Shown here one piece after another: positions 59,193 to 64,000 of a DNA stretch of 64,000 nt. Position 1 is the stretch's first letter. Every line of letters starts with the position of its first letter. The notes beneath the pieces are model-generated. The model saw nothing but the letters and a program-made list of their open reading frames with translations, was not told where the DNA came from and ran no database searches. The DNA lies in assembly GCA_021809545.1 (NCBI GenBank), contig JAKAYL010000003.1, positions 4,990-68,989 of the forward strand. Reading direction: 5' to 3'. The DNA is from Thermoplasmata archaeon. Lineage in GTDB: Archaea; Thermoplasmatota; Thermoplasmata; Lutacidiplasmatales; UBA184. Both the position numbers and the translations under genes were made by a program.

Positions 59193-60013
59193 ACGAGGGG
59201 AAGATTTCACCAGACAGCGACCCGACCGACGCCGTTGTCGGCATCATCGGGGGGAGCGGACTCTACGAGTCTGGGCTCTTCCGCTCCACCACGGTCCATA
59301 AATTGTCGACCCCCTGGGGCTCCCCTTCGGGTTTCATCGAGGAGGGTCGTCTCGGAAATCTCAAGGTGTTCTTCCTGCCCCGCCACGGGAAGGGCCACAC
59401 GATCCCTGCCCACAAGGTGAACTACCGGGCCAACATCGACGCCCTCAAGTCGCTTGGGGTCAATGCTATCCTCAGCGTGAATTCGGTCGGATCTCTCAAG
59501 GAGGAGCTCCCGCCGGGGTCGTTCGTCGTTCCGGATCAGTTCCTGGACTTCACGAAGTCCCGGCCCACGACGTTCTATGAGGGGGGGAAGACCTACCACA
59601 TCTCCATGGCGGACCCCTTCTGCCCTCGGCTCTCCCAGCTTGCATTGGCGGCAGGGGAAAAGACCGGGATCGAGATCGCCCGGCAGAAGACCTACGTCTG
59701 CGTCGAGGGTCCCAGGTTCTCCACTCGGGCGGAAAGCAAGTTCTACCGCACCCTTGCGGATGTGATCGGCATGACCCTCTGCCCGGAGGCGCAGTTGGCG
59801 CGAGAGCGGGAGATCTGCTACCTTCCAGTCTGCATGGTGACTGACTTCGACGTCTGGGCCGAGCATCCGGTCGAGGCCACGGACATCTCGGCGACGCTCT
59901 CCCGGAACATCGACCGGGTGAGGTCGCTCCTGCTGGACCTCGTGCCCACGGTTCCCCCCACCCAGGCAAGGAAGTGCGGTTGTCGTACCGCGTTGGCGCA
60001 GGCAGGTCTCTGA
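59189..60013 (+). CDS. mtnP: S-methyl-5'-thioadenosine phosphorylase
   Basis: Contains 'GIIGGSG', 'PRHG', 'NYRANI', 'EGPRFSTRAES', 'GMT' and 'TDFD'. Confidence 0.93.
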   Translation: MNEGKISPDSDPTDAVVGIIGGSGLYESGLFRSTTVHKLSTPWGSPSGFIEEGRLGNLKVFFLPRHGKGHTIPAHKVNYRANIDALKSLGVNAILSVNSVGSLKEELPPGSFVVPDQFLDFTKSRPTTFYEGGKTYHISMADPFCPRLSQLALAAGEKTGIEIARQKTYVCVEGPRFSTRAESKFYRTLADVIGMTLCPEAQLAREREICYLPVCMVTDFDVWAEHPVEATDISATLSRNIDRVRSLLLDLVPTVPPTQARKCGCRTALAQAGL

Positions 60014-60068
60014 TACGCTCTTCCGGAAAACGGAAGCTGACGAGTTAGGAAACGCGTCCGGGACTACT

Positions 60069-60296
60069 TCAAGCGGCGATGATGGTGCCGAGCTTTCGGT
60101 GAATTACTGTGATGGGGATCACCAAGGCATCGAATTCCATTTCAGCGATCACGAGGGGATCAAGGACCTCGGGAGGTGCATCCACGAGGATGGGAGCTCC
60201 CAAGGAGATCTGAAGAGCCCTCGCCCCAAGGATGCGGGCTTTCTCAAATCGCGTGAAGTATTCCCCGCCGGCTGCTGTGCCGCCCTTCTTGACCAT
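60069..60296 (-). CDS. rpoK: RNA polymerase subunit Rpo6 (K)
   Basis: '[21 protein letters not shown]'. Confidence 0.96.
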   Translation of the reverse strand: MVKKGGTAAGGEYFTRFEKARILGARALQISLGAPILVDAPPEVLDPLVIAEMEFDALVIPITVIHRKLGTIIAA

Positions 60297-60381
60297 GTGA
60301 TCCCAACTCTCTCCGTGCAGAGCATTCGCTCCTTGTGGAAGAGGGCTGACGGAATGCATAGCGCTATTTTAGCGTTGTTCC

Positions 60382-60723
60382 CTATTCGCTGGAACCCTTC
60401 TTCCCGCGGTGGGAAGCGGATTCCGAGGGGAAAATGCCCTGCCAGGCTCCGACGAGGACCTCGCGGCGCTCGGCGCCCAAGTCCTTACGGCCCTTCTTGC
60501 CCACCAGTGGGTCCCGGGTTTCCCGGACCGATCGCAGGAAGGCCTGTGGGTCCTTGGTGGCCTGTTCGAAGCCGAAAAGCATGAATTCGCGGAGAATGCT
60601 CGACCGTCCCCTCCAGCCAATACGCCTCCGGGCGTTAGGGTTGAGGCTTCGCTTTGCGAGTCTCCATACAGTGGTAGTGGTTTTGTAATCTTTCACCGAC
60701 ATTGCTATCATTACTTGCGGCAT
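60382..60723 (-). CDS. Small basic hypothetical protein, possibly ribbon-helix-helix-like
   Basis: TATA-like TTTAAG about 30 nt upstream; strand-helix-'GRSSILRE' pattern. Confidence 0.5.
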   Translation of the reverse strand: MPQVMIAMSVKDYKTTTTVWRLAKRSLNPNARRRIGWRGRSSILREFMLFGFEQATKDPQAFLRSVRETRDPLVGKKGRKDLGAERREVLVGAWQGIFPSESASHRGKKGSSE

Positions 60724-61046
60724 TTTTCACACCTTATGGGGTTGCTTACGCTTAAACAATATATAACCTTTGTCCCGGAAATGTCAAGTCTGTTTTACGG
60801 GGGGGTGTACCTAACTGAAACCCTACCAACGTTACGCTACCTGGAACGCACCTGCATAGGTTGTCGGGGGAGTATGGCCGGATCCCTTCTCGTCTTGAGG
60901 TAATTGGGCCCTGACCCTTTGCCGACAGGGTCTCACCTATGGTCGGATGTTTGGGTCGTCCGAGCCGCAGGAACTCGGGCAGGGGTTGCGGCCCGGGTTG
61001 TCACTATTTGAACATTATGGTCATTCTGGGCATGAAGTCCCTTTTT

Positions 61047-61481
61047 TCAGTAGAGTTCGTGGAGCGGGGTTCTCCGCTTCGGAAGCGGTTTCGAAATCTG
61101 GTGTCGGGAGGTCTTTGGTGGATAGAGATGCCCTTTCCTGGCCCGGGCGACGATGTCCTTCTTCGTGGGTTTCTCGGGAACTCCGGAGCCCGGCCAGAGA
61201 TCTACTGTGATGGACGATCCCTCGTAATCAATAACCCAGGCAGGAACTTTGCGGGCACCCAACCGCTTCAACACTTCGAGACGGTGGTGCCCGTTAAGCA
61301 CCACCAGGGACCCTTCGGCGACGAGGATCGGCTCCAGAACCGCACCTTCGGACTTGATGTTTTGCTCAACAGTGTCGACCGTATCGGGATCGCACATCTC
61401 GTGTGGGAGGAGCTCTGATATCAAGACCAATTCGAACCGTGCTTCGGGTGCAACGTCGGCCTCTCCCGTCTTTCGGGTCAT
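61047..61481 (-). CDS. Stand-alone ParB/Srx N-terminal domain protein
   Basis: Contains 'LLPHE', 'PILV', 'VLNGHHR' and 'PPKTSRH'. Confidence 0.85.
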   Translation of the reverse strand: MTRKTGEADVAPEARFELVLISELLPHEMCDPDTVDTVEQNIKSEGAVLEPILVAEGSLVVLNGHHRLEVLKRLGARKVPAWVIDYEGSSITVDLWPGSGVPEKPTKKDIVARARKGHLYPPKTSRHQISKPLPKRRTPLHELY

Positions 61482-61540
61482 GCATAACCCTAGAGCACAG
61501 TGTTTTTAAATATGCCTGCGTATCTTCGTGCTGGTTTTCG

Positions 61541-61990
61541 ATGACAGACGCATGGGAGGTCCCCGCCCAGGAACTAATACCTAGGCTGGTGGAACAGTTG
61601 CGAGGAAAGGTTGGTCACCCTGAGTGGATGGCCTACGTCCGGACAGGGGCGCACACGGAACGTGCCCCTGTACAGGCGGACTGGTGGTACATTCGGTGTG
61701 CATCCGTCATGCGGAAGCTCCACCGGCTAGGACCTGTGGGCGTATCCCGGCTGGCCGCCGAGTACGGTGGCAAGAAGGACAATGGTAGCGCCCCGTACCA
61801 CGCCGTCAAGGGGAGCCGCTCCGTAATCCAGGAGGTCCTTCACGAACTCGAAAAGGCGGGTTTTGTCACCAAGCGGGCCTCGAAGGGCCGTATCCTCTCT
61901 GCCAAGGGACAGTCTCTTGTTCAAAAGGCCGCCAAGGAAGCGATGGTGGCCCTCGCCGGGCGGAACCCTGCCCTCAAGAAGTACCTATAG
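61541..61990 (+). CDS. rps19e: 30S ribosomal protein S19e
   Basis: Contains 'PEW..YVRTG', 'DWWYIRCAS' and 'GPVGV..L...YGG'. Confidence 0.96.
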   Translation: MTDAWEVPAQELIPRLVEQLRGKVGHPEWMAYVRTGAHTERAPVQADWWYIRCASVMRKLHRLGPVGVSRLAAEYGGKKDNGSAPYHAVKGSRSVIQEVLHELEKAGFVTKRASKGRILSAKGQSLVQKAAKEAMVALAGRNPALKKYL

Positions 61991-62003
61991 AGAATGAGGG
62001 CCC

Positions 62004-62363
62004 ATGAGCTACGATCAGGATGAAGAACTTGATGCGCTTCGTCGTCGTAGACTCAAGCAGCTTCAAACCCAGGGCGACGTGGTCTCCCCTGAGGGGGCGT
62101 ACGCAGCCTCTCAACAGGATGAGGCCGAGCGCCGGGCTGCGGAACAAAAAGAGGTCTTGCGCAGAATCCTTACTCCCGAAGCGCGCGAGCGTCTTGGGCG
62201 TATCCGTCTCGCCAAACCCGACGCTGCGGCCGCGGTCGAGCAGCAGCTGCTCGGATTGGCCCTCTCTGGCCGGCTCAGCCGTCAGATCGATGACGCAACC
62301 CTCAAAGCCATCCTCGAGAAGGTTCTCCCTGAAAAACGTGAGATCAAGATAACCCGAAGGTGA
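62004..62363 (+). CDS. PDCD5-like DNA-binding protein
   Basis: 'ILTPEARERLGRIRL', in the canonical position after rps19e. Confidence 0.93.
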   Translation: MSYDQDEELDALRRRRLKQLQTQGDVVSPEGAYAASQQDEAERRAAEQKEVLRRILTPEARERLGRIRLAKPDAAAAVEQQLLGLALSGRLSRQIDDATLKAILEKVLPEKREIKITRR

Positions 62364-62369
62364 AAAAGC

Positions 62370-62528
62370 ATGGCAAGCAAACGGAAATCATTGGCAAGGA
62401 AATTGAGGCTGTTGAAGAAGGACAAGTCGAACCGGCGTGTCCCCTCCTGGGTCGTGGAGCGGACCAACCGGCATGTCATGAGGCACCCCCAGGAGCGGTC
62501 CTGGCGGAGAGGCCATCTGCACCTCTGA
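62370..62528 (+). CDS. rpl39e: 50S ribosomal protein L39e (absent from the ORF track)
   Basis: Translates as MASKRKSLARKLRLLKKDKSNRRVPSWVVERT...SWRR. Confidence 0.93.
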   Translation: MASKRKSLARKLRLLKKDKSNRRVPSWVVERTNRHVMRHPQERSWRRGHLHL

Positions 62529-62545
62529 GGTAGCGAGGAAAGATC

Positions 62546-62842
62546 ATGGCAAAGGAAGAAGGTCGACATGTGGAAGAGAAGGAGATGGAGTACACGGTCC
62601 CCCTGCGGGCCAGCAAACATCTCCCACCGAAGACAGAACGGGCAAGCCATGCCATCCGCACGATCCGCTTGTTCATGGCCCGTCACATGAAGGGAGAAGT
62701 CGAGGACGTCTGGATCGACCCTCACCTCAACGAGTTCATCTGGGAACGCTCCATCGAGAAGATCCCCTCGAAGGTCCGTGTCCGCGCGATCCGCTTCGAG
62801 GACGGTCTCATCGAAGTGGACTTGGCCGAAAGGAACGCCTGA
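62546..62842 (+). CDS. rpl31e: 50S ribosomal protein L31e
   Basis: Contains 'YTVPLR', 'RHMK' and 'LNEFIW.R....PSKVRV'. Confidence 0.95.
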   Translation: MAKEEGRHVEEKEMEYTVPLRASKHLPPKTERASHAIRTIRLFMARHMKGEVEDVWIDPHLNEFIWERSIEKIPSKVRVRAIRFEDGLIEVDLAERNA

Positions 62843-62875
62843 GGCGTTCCGATCGGGATAGGAGGACGTTTCGAC

Positions 62876-63541
62876 TTGCCGGTTGGGAAGGCATCCTTCT
62901 TAGGAAGCCCCTATGTCGGCGTCTTTCTGAAAGCATGTGACGGACGGGTGCTTGTGCCCGCCGCCGTCTCTGCTGGAGAAGTGCGTCTCATCGAGCGTCT
63001 CCTCGAAGTTCCGGTTGTACAGACTCAGATCGCGGACGTGGAGCTCACCGGCTCTCTCTCCACACTGAACAGCCACGGCGTGATCGTGGCAGATCCGGTC
63101 GAGGACGAGGAATTGGCCAAGTTGCGGGAGCACTCGCCCGTCACCGTTCTGCGGACGAAGCTCAATGCTCTGGGCAACAACATCCTTGTCAACGATCACG
63201 GCGCAGTGGTCCACCCGGGGTTCTCCCACCGGGAGGTGGAGGCGATCGAGGCTGCGCTCGGTGTCAAGGTGGTGAGCGGCACGGTCGCCGGCGAGGGAAC
63301 GGTCTCGAAGACCGCCGTCGCCACGAACAAGGGCGCGCTAGTGCATCCCGCAGCGACCCCGGAGGAGATGGAGATCATCCATCAAGCACTCAAGGTCCCG
63401 GTCCAGAAGACCACCGCGAACTTCGGGATTCCTCTCGTGGGCGCCTGCGTGGTCGCCAACAGCAAGGGGATCATCGTAGGCGAACGGACGACTCCGGTCG
63501 AGCTCGTCCACATCGAGGACGGGCTTTCCGTCTACGATTGA
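62876..63541 (+). CDS. eif6: Translation initiation factor 6 (aIF6)
   Basis: Contains 'YVGVF', 'LGNNILVND', 'TNKG' and 'ANSKG'. Confidence 0.93.
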   Translation: MPVGKASFLGSPYVGVFLKACDGRVLVPAAVSAGEVRLIERLLEVPVVQTQIADVELTGSLSTLNSHGVIVADPVEDEELAKLREHSPVTVLRTKLNALGNNILVNDHGAVVHPGFSHREVEAIEAALGVKVVSGTVAGEGTVSKTAVATNKGALVHPAATPEEMEIIHQALKVPVQKTTANFGIPLVGACVVANSKGIIVGERTTPVELVHIEDGLSVYD

Positions 63542-63786
63542 ACGAAGGACGCGTCGGCGGTCTTGCGCTCGCGGTTCCGGTGGTAGCGGGTCACGTACCC
63601 GGCGACCCGGTTCACAAGCTTCTTGTAGAGGATCTTCTTCTTCCCATCGCCGGTGTCCGTGGCGAGGTCCGTAAGTTCAAGCACTTTCACGCGGTTGGCA
63701 GCGAAGTCATTGCTGAAGGCGTCCGGGTGGTTCTGGACGAGTTCAACCGCGACGCGCTTGATGTAGGTCTGTCGGATATTTCCCAT
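63532..63786 (-). CDS. rps17e: 30S ribosomal protein S17e
   Basis: Contains 'MGNIRQTYIKR' and 'NRVAGYVTR'. Confidence 0.95.
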   Translation of the reverse strand: MGNIRQTYIKRVAVELVQNHPDAFSNDFAANRVKVLELTDLATDTGDGKKKILYKKLVNRVAGYVTRYHRNRERKTADASFVQS

Positions 63787-63860
63787 AGCGAGCGGCCGAG
63801 AAGCCAAAACTATATTAAGCCCCTCTATGTTGGGCGCGCCCGCCTGATGGGTGAAAAAAG

Positions 63861-64000
63861 ATGAGTCGCACGACACAACTGAGCCTCCTGATAGCGATGA
63901 CCGCGATCATGTTGGTAGGTGTCCTTCCAACAGCAACTGCAACCACGACGTACACGCTCACGGTGAATGTGGTGACCTCCCCGTCACCGACACCGAATGG
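63861..64000 (+). CDS. N-terminus of a secreted protein (truncated by window end)
   Basis: Reads MSRTTQLSLLIAMTAIMLVGVLPTATA, a signal peptide; the frame stays open to the window end. Confidence 0.6.
   Translation, partial: MSRTTQLSLLIAMTAIMLVGVLPTATATTTYTLTVNVVTSPSPTPN

Noticed and set aside
61047-61481. ParABS partition system
   Set aside because: Only the ParB/Srx catalytic domain is present, with no HTH, ParA or parS-like repeats. Stand-alone copies are common in archaea.

Overview
This is a GC-rich archaeal chromosomal segment. It carries a stand-alone 16S rRNA gene, archaeal ribosomal proteins, Rpo6, Nop5/fibrillarin and PKD/Kelch surface proteins. Together these point to class Thermoplasmata, which is an inference and not a database match. 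Most of the window is housekeeping: smc-scpA-scpB, uvrB, hppA, ribB-ribL-ribC-ribH, glyS, acs, nfo, tal, mtnP and the rps19e-eif6 operon. I found no CRISPR array, tRNA or intact mobile element. The best leads are: (1) a complete polyphosphate module of sixA, ppx, two thymidylate-kinase-like genes (probable heteromeric PPK3) and a CHAD gene; (2) a block at 18-25.7 kb with a membrane protein carrying a duplicated uncharacterised ~210-aa domain, three KaiC-like genes (one intact, two degenerate) and an orphan VirD4/TrwB-like ATPase; (3) a Nop5 that has lost its GAEKALF motif; (4) several ORF-free, strand-biased structured intergenic regions that are candidate ncRNAs. All family calls come from motif recognition by eye.
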